DNA of 64,000 bases from Pseudomonadota bacterium (GCA_043718025.1 JAYSWN010000001.1:1-64000); one strand, 5' to 3'. Numbered from the stretch's first letter, positions 37,361-47,178 are shown. A program made the numbers and translations. The notes: generated from the sequence alone by a model not told the origin.

Positions 37361-38791
37361 TTACGGACTACGCGTGATGGTAAGTTGATGCGGGCGGTCT
37401 TCTAAGTTTTGGGCCGGATTGTTTTTTGCGGTGCGGCTTTTCACCGGTAGATCTGTGTTTCGTAATTCGCCGTACATTTCATCGGTCATGCCGTTTAAGT
37501 CTACGGCGTTAACGGTGCCCGGTTTCAATTTGTAGCTGCGGATGCGATCGCCACTGTCGGCCACGACCCCCCCGCTGCGGGCGGCCACTTCGGTCATGCC
37601 CACTGCCGCAGATTCCAACGAGCGGTTATAGGACGACAGCTGTTGCGCGTTGGTGCGTCGCACTTTCCTTTTGTTGCGTCCGCCCGACTCAAACTCCACC
37701 AGCTCGTTCGATTTTTGGTCTTCAGATAAATTGAACCAGCTCGGGCGTTCTAAAGAGTTGATGTCGACGCCGGCCTGATCAATCGAATCGATGGAAAGGC
37801 GCGCGGCCACTTTGTCGTACGTTTCGGAATCAATATTTCCCGCCACTACGTTGCCGCCTTGAAGTTGCGCATTCACCATTTTTACTGAGGCAGAACGTAA
37901 GCGCATGCAGGCCTGTAGCCGTTCGTCTAAAAGGGCGCCCTTGGTTTCGGGCTCAAGCAGCGCCTGACGTTCGCGCCGCTCTTCGATACGGGTTTGATCC
38001 ACGTCGCGACCGCTGCGCACCGCGCGCACGTAAGATTGGCAGTCGGGCATGTCTTCACCTAACGCAAACTCTACCCCGCGCGACATGGCCCGTAGCTCGC
38101 CAATGTTGGAGACCATGCGGTTGCGGTACATTTTGGTCCAACGCTGCGCCATCATGCGCAGCGATTCCATATTGGGAAGGGTTTCGCCTTTTGGCGCATT
38201 GTCATCGTAAGTGAGAGCAATGTTATTCACGGCGGTGCGTTCGCCATCGGCTTGCACTTTCTTTTTCACGTCATCCAAAAGCTCCCAGCGCGACAGCACT
38301 TCGGTGTTTAGCTTGCCATCTACATCGATAACCGAGCCGCCTTCTTTCGTATCAACTTGCCAAATGGTGTATTGGTTTTTGCCCGTGCCCTGTCCCGCGT
38401 CGGAGCGTCCGCCGTTGGCGTATTTAGACCACTCTTTAAAAATCGTGGCTTCCAGAGGGGATTGGTCAGCGCCGCCGCCATGTTCGGAAACATAGGGGTC
38501 TAACCATTTGTCGCAGTAACGTCCGCCGACCCAACGTAAGCAGGTACTCCACACGTTGCTGTGGTAGGTGGTGGTGGACATAAACGAGTTACCGTCGTTA
38601 GCGTTAAAACTTTTTCCGCCGCCGGCGCTTTCCGGAAACGACGTTTCTTGCATGTCGTAACGTCGGCTTAATTGCAGCAATCGTTCGGTGAGTTTTTTGC
38701 GGGCAACGTCATCGCTGTTGGCGGCAAGGGCAAGCGAAGGCAACAGCACCATTGCACTGATCGCCCCCCGTAAAAATCTCCCTAGCGGCAT
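37361..38791 (-). CDS. Hypothetical secreted protein
   Basis: Start ATG 38791 after AAGGGG; signal peptide ALA/ANS; no family recognised. Confidence 0.7.
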   Translation of the reverse strand: MPLGRFLRGAISAMVLLPSLALAANSDDVARKKLTERLLQLSRRYDMQETSFPESAGGGKSFNANDGNSFMSTTTYHSNVWSTCLRWVGGRYCDKWLDPYVSEHGGGADQSPLEATIFKEWSKYANGGRSDAGQGTGKNQYTIWQVDTKEGGSVIDVDGKLNTEVLSRWELLDDVKKKVQADGERTAVNNIALTYDDNAPKGETLPNMESLRMMAQRWTKMYRNRMVSNIGELRAMSRGVEFALGEDMPDCQSYVRAVRSGRDVDQTRIEERRERQALLEPETKGALLDERLQACMRLRSASVKMVNAQLQGGNVVAGNIDSETYDKVAARLSIDSIDQAGVDINSLERPSWFNLSEDQKSNELVEFESGGRNKRKVRRTNAQQLSSYNRSLESAAVGMTEVAARSGGVVADSGDRIRSYKLKPGTVNAVDLNGMTDEMYGELRNTDLPVKSRTAKNNPAQNLEDRPHQLTITRSP

Positions 38792-39101
38792 TGAATTTGT
38801 TCCCCTTAAGCTGATTACAAAGCAACTCAAATACCAAGTTAAAACCACGATTTTATGGAGGAAAGTAGTGTGTGCCGGGACCGAGCTTTGGGGGCATTCT
38901 GGCGGTCTACACCGGCGCTTCTATTGATTCAAGGGGTTAGACTGTCTAGCGGACTGACAGGGCGTCCAAATTCGTCACACCCCACTTAACTGTTTAAATC
39001 TCAAGGCGTTGTTCTCTTGCTTGTCTAAGCTGTGCGCGGTTGGTAGCGGTAGTAGTTTGGTTCAACCCTGCGCCGAGACGGTTCAGGGACTTAGGGGATT
39101 C

Positions 39102-41579
39102 ATGCAGCCGACGTCGCTTACGCCAATGCTCAGCCAGTACCTGGAAATTAAGCAGGGATACCCTGACTGCATTCTCTTTTATCAAATGGGCGATTTCTTT
39201 GAGATGTTTTTCGATGACGCTTTAGAGGCGGCGCCCCTTTTGGAAGTGCAACTGACTTCTCGTGATCGCAACGCGGCCGATCGCATTCCGATGTGCGGCA
39301 TTCCGGTGCATGCGTTGGCCACCTATCTGCCGCGTTTACTCGCTCACGGAAAACGCGTGGCGGTTTGCCAGCAGGTGGAAGATTCGGCCGCCACCGTCGG
39401 AACTAAAGCGCTGGTTAAGCGAGAGGTGACTCGCGTTTTTACGCCGTCGTTAGTGGCCGACCCCGAACTGGTTTCCCCGGATACGCGCAACATTTTGTTT
39501 TCTTTCACGAGCGACAAAGAGAGTGCGGCGATCTGTTTGGTGGATCTGTTGGCGTCGGAAGCGCGTGCCGGGAGAGTTCATTCTAAAGAGGCTTGGCTCG
39601 ATCTGTTTTACGAGTGGCAGCCAAAGGAAATTTTGCTGTCGTCGTCGGCGTTGGAGCACGAGTTTTTTAAAACTACGCTTAAACTTTTTCCGGCCATTAC
39701 CGTCACCGTAAGGGAGAAAACTTTTGCGGGAAAAAACGCATTAGATCAAGTCTGGGCGGCGGCCAAAAATTACCTTACCGAAACCCAAGGGCCGGCGGGG
39801 GCGGCGCTCACCACACCGTTGCCGTTGCAAGGTATCGAAACGCTGCGCATGGACGCCAGCACCCTTAACGCCCTTTCGGTGATTCGCACCCCTTGGAAAG
39901 AAGAGCTTTGTCTCTCCGATGTTTTAGATGGCACATTGACGTCGATGGGGCGTCGTCGATTAAAAGAATGGCTGCTGCATCCTTTAGGTTCGCTCAAAGC
40001 AATCAAAGAGCGGCACGATAGTGTTGAAAATTTTTTGCAAGCCGAACCACTTGCTGAATATGTGCGGGAGCATTTGAAATCGCTGCGCGATCTCGAGCGG
40101 CTGGCGACCAAAGCGCATTTGGGTTTAGCCCTTCCCAAAGATCTGGTGGCAATCCGCGACGTGCTGGCCAAAATCCCCGGTTTGCAATTGATGTTACTTC
40201 AAGCCAAAGCAAAGAGACTTCGCGACATTGGGGCTACGCTCGATCCGCTGCTCGATCTGCAGGGGGTTCTCGTTCGCGCGCTCTTAGATGAGCCTAGCAA
40301 CGCCATTCGCGAGGGAGGAATTTTGCAGGAGGGTTATCACCCCGAAATCGCCGAGCTTCGCTTGCTTTGCCACGATGCTAAGAGTTGGATCGCGGCCTTA
40401 GAAATTCGCGAAAAGGAACGTACCGGAATTGCTTCGTTGAAGGTGAAGTATAGCCGCGTGTTCGGCTACACGATTGAAGTCACGCGGTCGTACTTAGAGC
40501 GCGTGCCCAAGGAGTATAAGCGGAAGCAGACGATCGCCAATGGGGAGCGTTACGTCACCGAGGAGCTTAAGACTTTCGAAGACAAGGCGTTGACGGCTGA
40601 GTCGCGGCTTTGTGCCGTGGAAGAGTCACTGTTTTTGGAGCTAAGAAAAAAAGTGGCCGCCCATGCCCCACGCCTTCTGCTCAATGCCCGTTTGCTATCG
40701 GAATTAGACGTACTGCAAGGCTTTGCTAAACAGGCGAAAGAGCGTGGTTACCGCCGTCCGCAAATGACGCCTAAGAATCGGGAGCAGGAAGATTCTTTTC
40801 TTATCGAAGAAGGGCGTCACCCCGTTTTAGAAACCGTGTTGCCGCCGGGGGAGTTTGTACCTAACTCGATTGAAATGTCGGAAGAGACCGGTCGTACTTG
40901 GCTGATTACCGGACCTAACATGGCCGGTAAATCGACAATCATGCGTCAAACGGCGCTAATCGCCATCATGGCGCAAGCTGGTTCGTTTGTTTCGGCGACC
41001 CGCGCCTGCCTGCCTCTTTTTGACGCGATTTTCACCCGCATTGGCAGCTCTGACGATCTGACTCGCGGCCGCTCCACCTTTATGGTCGAGATGGCCGAAG
41101 TGTCGCGCATTATTGAAAAGAGCTCAGAAAAAAGCCTGATCCTTATCGATGAGATCGGCCGGGGCACCAGCACCTACGATGGTCTGGCGCTAGCTTGGTC
41201 AATTCTGGAATATTTGCACACTGAGACCAAAGCCAAAACCCTGTTCGCCACCCACTTTCATGAACTCACCTCGTTAGAGAAGAGCCTGAGCGGCCTCGTA
41301 AATAAGACAGTTTTAGTGGAACGAACTGGCAATGAGGTGGTTTTTTTGCACCGGCTGGGTAATGGCGCGTGTAGTCGTAGTTACGGGATCGACGTCGCGC
41401 GGTTAGCGGGCCTTCCTTCGAAAGTCTTAGCTAGAGCGGGTCAGGTGTTACGCCACCTGGAGAGTCAGTCAGAGCGGGTCGGTCGGGGAAGAAGCAGGGC
41501 GTTGCAGTTCACCGATAAACAATTGCTCTTTTTTGACGACGCTAAAGCTTCGGAAACCGTTGCTCCGCTTGATTCTTAA
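39102..41579 (+). CDS. mutS: DNA mismatch repair protein MutS
   Basis: TPMLSQY, GDFFEMF, GRHPV, TGPNMAGKST, DEIGRGTST, FATHFHEL, C-terminal clamp motif QLLFF. Start ATG 39102. Confidence 0.98.
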   Translation: MQPTSLTPMLSQYLEIKQGYPDCILFYQMGDFFEMFFDDALEAAPLLEVQLTSRDRNAADRIPMCGIPVHALATYLPRLLAHGKRVAVCQQVEDSAATVGTKALVKREVTRVFTPSLVADPELVSPDTRNILFSFTSDKESAAICLVDLLASEARAGRVHSKEAWLDLFYEWQPKEILLSSSALEHEFFKTTLKLFPAITVTVREKTFAGKNALDQVWAAAKNYLTETQGPAGAALTTPLPLQGIETLRMDASTLNALSVIRTPWKEELCLSDVLDGTLTSMGRRRLKEWLLHPLGSLKAIKERHDSVENFLQAEPLAEYVREHLKSLRDLERLATKAHLGLALPKDLVAIRDVLAKIPGLQLMLLQAKAKRLRDIGATLDPLLDLQGVLVRALLDEPSNAIREGGILQEGYHPEIAELRLLCHDAKSWIAALEIREKERTGIASLKVKYSRVFGYTIEVTRSYLERVPKEYKRKQTIANGERYVTEELKTFEDKALTAESRLCAVEESLFLELRKKVAAHAPRLLLNARLLSELDVLQGFAKQAKERGYRRPQMTPKNREQEDSFLIEEGRHPVLETVLPPGEFVPNSIEMSEETGRTWLITGPNMAGKSTIMRQTALIAIMAQAGSFVSATRACLPLFDAIFTRIGSSDDLTRGRSTFMVEMAEVSRIIEKSSEKSLILIDEIGRGTSTYDGLALAWSILEYLHTETKAKTLFATHFHELTSLEKSLSGLVNKTVLVERTGNEVVFLHRLGNGACSRSYGIDVARLAGLPSKVLARAGQVLRHLESQSERVGRGRSRALQFTDKQLLFFDDAKASETVAPLDS

Positions 41580-41708
41580 CAAAAACAAAAAAACTCGATT
41601 GACAGCGGAAACCCATAAAAATATCACTTACCAATTCCAGCATTTAACTGCTGGAACCTCATCTATTTCCGGTAAAGCAGTTACTACCCGAAATTCTAAC
41701 CTCTATTT

Positions 41709-41742
41709 CTATCCACAGGCTGTGGATAACTCCTGTGGATTC
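41709..41742. promoter_or_regulatory. Cluster of three DnaA boxes
   Basis: CTATCCACA (41709-17, +, 8/9), TGTGGATAA (41721-29, -, 9/9), TGTGGATTC (41734-42, -, 7/9) versus TTATCCACA. Confidence 0.75.
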
Positions 41743-41743
41743 A

Positions 41744-41772
41744 TTGACTCTGCGCGCCAAATCTTTTATGGT
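41744..41772 (+). promoter_or_regulatory. Sigma70-type promoter for trmJ-grpE-dnaJ
   Basis: TTGACT, 17 bp, TATGGT. Confidence 0.5.
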
Positions 41773-41837
41773 GGCGCCGTTTCAATTCCACTTAATAATT
41801 TAACATCATTGAGTTTTCTAATGACCCGTGTCATCTC

Positions 41838-42719
41838 ATGTCAGAAAAAACGGACTTAAAGAAAGGCTACAAAGTTTTCCACAGCCCCTGTGAACAGACC
41901 GGGATTTGTCTGTCGGTGGTGCTGGTTCGCCCAGAGAACGGCGCGAACATTGGTTCGATCGCTCGAGCTATGGCTAATTTTGGCGTTAAGTCCTCGCTAA
42001 AGATCGTTGGCCGAAACGCTGAAATTATTGATGCGCAGAGTTACCGTCTTGCGGTTCACGCGGAAGACATCTTACGCGGCGCTGAATTTTTTGAGTCGCT
42101 ACCGGCACTTTTCGGCGCAAAACCAAGGTCGATTCGTTTAGCCGCTACCGCCCGCATCGCTTCCGCCCATCGGGCCCACCCGACGCGGGTAGATCAGGCA
42201 ATTCCGCAGATTGTAGAAATGGCGCAAGCTGAACAAATCGATGAAGTTTTCTTTGTGTTCGGCTGCGAAAGTGATGGCCTTACCAATGACGAAGTGGCGG
42301 CTTGTGATCGCGTGGTCACCATTGCGTCGGCTAGCGATTACCGATCGCTCAACTTGGCGCAGGCCGTCGTGGTGTTTTTGTATGAATGGAACCGGGCCTG
42401 GCTGCGAGAGGCGGAAAAGCCCGATGGCGCGTTGGCAACCTCGCGCGGCCAAAAACAAAAGCTCATCAGCCACTTTATAAAGCTGGCCGAGGAGGTTGGT
42501 TTTATCTTACCGGACGACCCTTTTAAGATGCGTCCCCGCCTCGAAATGATTTTGGCGGCACTTCCCCCCCACGTACCTGAAGTGCGGACTCTGCATGGGC
42601 TGCTCGACCAAATATCGCGAAGCCTAAAAAAAGGGGTACCGGATATAAAGGGAAGGTACCGAAGCCATTGGAAAAAGGACGAGCCTGGGTTGATTTCCCC
42701 GGAAGACCGCCTAGATTAA
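41838..42719 (+). CDS. trmJ: SPOUT RNA methyltransferase (TrmJ/TrmH family)
   Basis: VVLVRP....NIGSIARAMANFG, FVFGCESDGLTNDE, SLNLAQAV. Confidence 0.85.
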   Translation: MSEKTDLKKGYKVFHSPCEQTGICLSVVLVRPENGANIGSIARAMANFGVKSSLKIVGRNAEIIDAQSYRLAVHAEDILRGAEFFESLPALFGAKPRSIRLAATARIASAHRAHPTRVDQAIPQIVEMAQAEQIDEVFFVFGCESDGLTNDEVAACDRVVTIASASDYRSLNLAQAVVVFLYEWNRAWLREAEKPDGALATSRGQKQKLISHFIKLAEEVGFILPDDPFKMRPRLEMILAALPPHVPEVRTLHGLLDQISRSLKKGVPDIKGRYRSHWKKDEPGLISPEDRLD

Positions 42720-42738
42720 CGCTTTTGGAGTTTGAGCT

Positions 42739-43311
42739 ATGATTGGTGAAGAGAAAAACGAAGAAAATGTGCCTAACGAACTTGAGAATGGCGAGGAAAA
42801 CGCTAACGGTTCAGCCGACGCTTCGCCCGAAACGCTGTTTGCGGAAAAGGAAGCCCGGCTTACGCAAGAGCTGCTGTATCAGCGTGCAGAGTTCGATAAC
42901 TACAAGAAGCGGATACTTCGCGAGCAAGACAGCGCGATCAAGTTTGCCAACGAGCGCTTTGTGCGTGAGCTACTTCCCATCGTCGATCTCTTTGATCGTG
43001 CCACCCATACCTCCGAACCGCTTAAGGCAAAGCTTGAGGGCAATCCACTCAAGAATGAGTTGAGCTCTTTCGTAATTGGCGTCGAGATGACCCAAAAAGA
43101 GCTTATCCAAACATTAGGCCGAATCGGGGTAGAATTCATTGGAGTCAAAAGCGAAGCGTTTGACCCGCAGCGCCATGAAGCCATCTCTGAAACCGAAACT
43201 ACAGATCCAGACCAAGTGGGAAAAGTGATGCTGGTGGCGCAACGTGGCTGCGTTTTTAATGGCCGGCTGTTAAAGCCAGCCCAAGTCGTAGTTGGCCGAG
43301 CCAAAGAATAA
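42739..43311 (+). CDS. grpE: Nucleotide exchange factor GrpE
   Basis: AEFDNYKKR, LLPIVD, FDPQRHEA, GRLLKPAQVVV. Confidence 0.96.
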   Translation: MIGEEKNEENVPNELENGEENANGSADASPETLFAEKEARLTQELLYQRAEFDNYKKRILREQDSAIKFANERFVRELLPIVDLFDRATHTSEPLKAKLEGNPLKNELSSFVIGVEMTQKELIQTLGRIGVEFIGVKSEAFDPQRHEAISETETTDPDQVGKVMLVAQRGCVFNGRLLKPAQVVVGRAKE

Positions 43312-43316
43312 ATTTC

Positions 43317-44417
43317 ATGAGCAAACGAGATTATTACGAAGTGCTTGGAGTCGTTAAGAGCGTAAGCGACGACGAGCTTAAAAAAGCTTTTCGCAAAATG
43401 GCGATTCAGCATCATCCTGATCGCAATCCGGGCGACAAGTCAGCTGAAGAGAAATTTAAAGAACTCAACGAAGCCTATCAGGTGCTGAGTGATCCCCAGC
43501 GCAAAGCGGCTTACGACCAGTTCGGCCACGCCGGTCTTGGCGGTATGGGCGGCGGTTCTGGTCAGGGTTTCGGCGGCTTCACCGATATTTTCGACAACCT
43601 TTTTAACGACATCTTTGGTGGCGGCTCGGGTGGCGGCCAACGCGGTGGCGTTGATCTTCGTTATCAGCTGCAAATTGCCTTTGAAGAGGCCGTTTTCGGA
43701 GTTGAGAAGAAAATTCATTTCGAGAAAGAGTCGGTCTGCGACACCTGCCGAGGCTCCGGAGCTAAAGAAGGCACCAAATCTAAGGCGTGCAAACAATGTA
43801 AAGGGTCGGGCCAGGTCCGCTTCAATCAGGGTTTTTTTGTTTTGACCCGCACCTGCACCGCCTGTTCGGGACGCGGCGAGACGATCGAGGACAAGTGCGG
43901 GACGTGCCGTGGCGCCGGTCGTACGAAAAAGAAGACCGAAGTGGTCGTAAAAATTCCCGCCGGCATTGATTCTGGCCAGCGGCTCCGTTTAAAGGGCGAA
44001 GGCGAAGCCGGGGCTCCCGGCGGTTCAGCCGGAGATCTGTACGTTGAGGTTTTGGTTCAAGATCACGCCCTCTTTCGGCGTGAAGGTGAGCACATCATTT
44101 TAGAAATGCCGATTAGCCTGGTTCAAGCCGCCTTGGGAAGCGATATGGAGGTGCCCACCATCGGTGGCACGACGCAGCTCAAAGTTCCAGCCGGCACCCA
44201 AAGTGGCGAGCTGTTTCGACTTAAGGGCAAGGGAATTCGTCGCCTGAACGGTTCTGGATTCGGTGACCAGGTGGTTCGGGTTCACGTGGAAGTGCCGCAA
44301 AAGCTGACGCGGCGGCAAAGGGAACTCTTGGAGGAGTTCGAGAGAGAGGGTAGCATCGACTCTCAACCAGGGGTTTCGAGCTTTGCAAAAAAATTTCGCG
44401 AGATTTTTCGGTCGTAA
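43317..44417 (+). CDS. dnaJ: Chaperone DnaJ (class I)
   Basis: J-domain HPD, G/F region, four CxxCxGxG repeats. Confidence 0.98.
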   Translation: MSKRDYYEVLGVVKSVSDDELKKAFRKMAIQHHPDRNPGDKSAEEKFKELNEAYQVLSDPQRKAAYDQFGHAGLGGMGGGSGQGFGGFTDIFDNLFNDIFGGGSGGGQRGGVDLRYQLQIAFEEAVFGVEKKIHFEKESVCDTCRGSGAKEGTKSKACKQCKGSGQVRFNQGFFVLTRTCTACSGRGETIEDKCGTCRGAGRTKKKTEVVVKIPAGIDSGQRLRLKGEGEAGAPGGSAGDLYVEVLVQDHALFRREGEHIILEMPISLVQAALGSDMEVPTIGGTTQLKVPAGTQSGELFRLKGKGIRRLNGSGFGDQVVRVHVEVPQKLTRRQRELLEEFEREGSIDSQPGVSSFAKKFREIFRS

Positions 44418-44418
44418 T

Positions 44419-46368
44419 ATGAAGTTATTTCTTTTTTGCGTCGCCGTGCTTTTGCTAAGCGGTTGTGCCTCCCAAAAAATTCAGGGCGGCGGCATCGAAC
44501 CGGGTGATTTCCGTTCGCAAAAGGTCGAGCCCGAAGCCCGTTCCACTTTTCAAGCGGCCGAGCGAGCCTTGGCGGCCCGCAACTATGAAGAGGCCCGGCG
44601 TCTTTACCTGCAATTGCGTACGCGCCACCCCAAAGGCAAAGCCGCGATGGTGGCCACTTACCGGCTTGGTTCGGTTCACTACTATCAAGAGGAGTATGCG
44701 CAAGCGTCACGCGAGTTCGAAGTCTTTTTAGCGCGTTACCCCAAGAGCGAGCTCGTCCTCGACGCCAACTACAATTTGGCGGCGTGCGAGTTTCAGCAGG
44801 GCAAATACGAACGGGCCCGTCAAATTCTGCAAAAAATGAAGCCCGATGAAATTAAGGCGCAGGGGCCCCGCCGCTCTGAAGTGATCTATGCGCTTATCGC
44901 GCAGTCGAGCATTGCCATGGGCAAGCACGGCGACGCCGTGCGCGCCATCTCGGCGCAAATGCAATTGCCGATCGAGGCCGGCAAGCGTGCTGCCCTGTTA
45001 GACAAGGCTGAACTTGAAATCGCAAAAATGGGTGACCAGCAAGAGCTGGACGGGCTACAGAATGAAGTGACTGAGCCGCAGGTGCGATCGCGCATCGCTT
45101 CGCGCCTTACGCAGTTTCGTGGCACGGGTCCGGGTGAACTACCGCTTCCCCCGGCGGGTTCCATTCCCAAGGCCAGCGCGCCCGACGAAGTGATTTCACC
45201 GTCGCTTAGCGGCGGTGGCGGCGCGGCAGAAAAAACCCACATCGGCGTAGTGCTACCGTTGTCGGGAAAATTTTCTGCTTACGGTAAGCGTGCGTTGGAC
45301 GGCATCTTGCTGGCGTCGGGCACTTTCGCAAGAGATGGCGGCTCGTCCATTCGCGTATTCGTTGAAGACTCAGGCGGTAATCCCATTACGGCTCAGCAGG
45401 CCGTTGAAAAATTGGTACGTGAACACAAGGTGATCGCCATCTTGGGTCCGCTGAGTTGGAAAGAGTCGCTGGCGGTTGCCGAAAAGGCCCAGCAATTGGG
45501 TGTCTTGAATTTATCCCTCACTGGAAAAGAGGGCATTTCTGAAAAAGGCCCCTATCTTTTTCAGAACGCGCTGACGCCTAAGGTGCAGCTTGAAAATCTG
45601 GTGCAGCATTGCGTGCAGACCAAAGGTTACAAACGTTTTGCGATCATGGCTCCGAACAATCCCTACGGAAAAGACATGGCATCGCAGTTTTGGGACTTGG
45701 TTGAAGCCAATGGCGGAAAAGTGGTGGGCTACCGTAACTACGCGGCTGACGAAAAAGACTTTCAAGCTACGATTCGTGAGCTGGTCGGGCTGGCCAATCC
45801 GCGACTTCGTCGGGCAGAGTGGGCAAAGCTGCAGGAGTTCATTAAAGAACAAAAAGCAAAAACGGGAAAAGAGCCCAAGGTTAAATTGCCTCCCCTCATT
45901 ACGTTTGATGCTCTGTTCATTCCCGATGGGCCCAAGGCGGCCGCCACGATTGCCGCCAGCCTGAATTATTTAGATGTCTTTTCCATGCCCCTAATTGGCA
46001 CCGCAGAGTGGAACAGTGACCAGCTCTATCGACGCGGCGGCCGTTCGGTAGAAGGGGCCTTATTTCCCGGCAGCCTCAGTATGAATACCAAGAATGTCTC
46101 GCAACGCGAATTCATCAAGTTTTTTACGGAGAACGTTGGCAACACCCCTGACTTATTAGCGACGCAAGCGTACGAAGCGATGGCCATGATTGTTTCCGCG
46201 CTTCGCGGATCGGGCTCGGGGCGTAACGACATTGTGAATAAGTTGAGTGCCGTGCGAGACTTTCAGGGACCGCTGGGTTCGGTGGTCTTCGATGCAACTC
46301 GGATCGCCCGACGAAAGATGCCAATTTACCAGTTAGAAGCTGGTGGCAACATCATCGAACAAAACTGA
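44419..46368 (+). CDS. TPR (BamD-like) plus LppC/LpoA-like periplasmic-binding-fold lipoprotein, putative PBP activator
   Basis: Lipobox LSGC (start ATG 44419), TPR-like helices, IGVVLPLSG, ILGPL, FDALFIPD. Confidence 0.8.
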   Translation: MKLFLFCVAVLLLSGCASQKIQGGGIEPGDFRSQKVEPEARSTFQAAERALAARNYEEARRLYLQLRTRHPKGKAAMVATYRLGSVHYYQEEYAQASREFEVFLARYPKSELVLDANYNLAACEFQQGKYERARQILQKMKPDEIKAQGPRRSEVIYALIAQSSIAMGKHGDAVRAISAQMQLPIEAGKRAALLDKAELEIAKMGDQQELDGLQNEVTEPQVRSRIASRLTQFRGTGPGELPLPPAGSIPKASAPDEVISPSLSGGGGAAEKTHIGVVLPLSGKFSAYGKRALDGILLASGTFARDGGSSIRVFVEDSGGNPITAQQAVEKLVREHKVIAILGPLSWKESLAVAEKAQQLGVLNLSLTGKEGISEKGPYLFQNALTPKVQLENLVQHCVQTKGYKRFAIMAPNNPYGKDMASQFWDLVEANGGKVVGYRNYAADEKDFQATIRELVGLANPRLRRAEWAKLQEFIKEQKAKTGKEPKVKLPPLITFDALFIPDGPKAAATIAASLNYLDVFSMPLIGTAEWNSDQLYRRGGRSVEGALFPGSLSMNTKNVSQREFIKFFTENVGNTPDLLATQAYEAMAMIVSALRGSGSGRNDIVNKLSAVRDFQGPLGSVVFDATRIARRKMPIYQLEAGGNIIEQN

Positions 46369-46428
46369 TTCTCGTGGTTCGCGTTTTACGAGGGCACGGC
46401 ACCCCATTTCTAACTGCAAATCCTTCTA

Positions 46429-46457
46429 TTGCTGCGTTCCCGAGTCTTTGTTAAGAT
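46429..46457 (+). promoter_or_regulatory. Putative sigma70 promoter of dksA
   Basis: TTGCTG, 17 bp, TAAGAT with TG extended -10. Confidence 0.4.
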
Positions 46458-46605
46458 TTAGCTTAGATTAATTGAATGACTTCAGCCGCTCTGCGGCATG
46501 CTTCGAAGTCTACTGATGTCCCTCGCTCAGGGACAACCATCGCCAAACAAAACCGAATCCTAAGTAAACCTTAGACACAGCGATATCACCCCTGGAGAAC
46601 TGCCC

Positions 46606-46992
46606 ATGAAAAAGAAGGACTTGACCCTCTTCACTGACCGTTTGCTCGAAGAAAAATCGCGAATTTTGAATGGTCCGGCCCGCATTCGAAAGGAAGAGCT
46701 GGCGCTCAGTACCGACGATCTTGCTGACGAGGCTGATTTGGCCTCAAGTGGTTTAACGCAGAGCATGAACATTCGTCTGCGCGACCGCGAAACCTTGCTG
46801 CTCAAAAAGATTGAAGAGGCGCTAAGCAAGATTCAGCGCGGTGAGTTTGGCGTCTGCGAAGGCTGCGAAGAGCCCATTGAAATGAAACGGCTCCAAGCCC
46901 GCCCGATGGCCGACATGTGCATTCGCTGCAAAGAGGCCGAAGAGCTGGTTGAGCGCACCATGCAGTCTGGCCCTCCCGCCACGGCGGCCTGA
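46606..46992 (+). CDS. dksA: DksA/TraR C4 zinc-finger transcription factor
   Basis: DEADLA coiled-coil tip, G.CEGC.E.I...RL.A.P....CIRCK. Confidence 0.9.
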   Translation: MKKKDLTLFTDRLLEEKSRILNGPARIRKEELALSTDDLADEADLASSGLTQSMNIRLRDRETLLLKKIEEALSKIQRGEFGVCEGCEEPIEMKRLQARPMADMCIRCKEAEELVERTMQSGPPATAA

Positions 46993-47150
46993 GCTCGGAC
47001 GATCCACTAGCCGAAATTAAAAATCGCCAGATCCCGAGGAGGAGGCGAAGAGGAGTGCGATTGCGATCCCTCCTTTTTGTTCTCCTCCCCCCCAAACTTT
47101 GCCGCAAAAACCTACCGAACGCCCAACCTGCCTCCGCCCAAATACAATCC

Positions 47151-47178
47151 TAAAGAACCTCTCCGCAGTTTCCGATAA
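47151..47178 (+). promoter_or_regulatory. Putative sigma28 (FliA/SigD) promoter of lon
   Basis: TAAA-N16-TCCGATAA versus consensus TAAA-N15/16-GCCGATAA, 45 bp before the lon start. Confidence 0.5.

Noticed and set aside
37088..37405. 105-aa ORF in the intergenic spacer (also 41533-41859)
   Set aside because: No RBS or protein-like features, and they overlap probable regulatory DNA.
41580..41837. Chromosomal origin oriC
   Set aside because: Only three boxes, no dnaA/dnaN/gidA nearby, and no skew switch evident by eye. Not excluded without computation.
41780..42738. CIRCE element upstream of grpE-dnaJ
   Set aside because: No TTAGCACTC-N9-GAGTGCTAA found.
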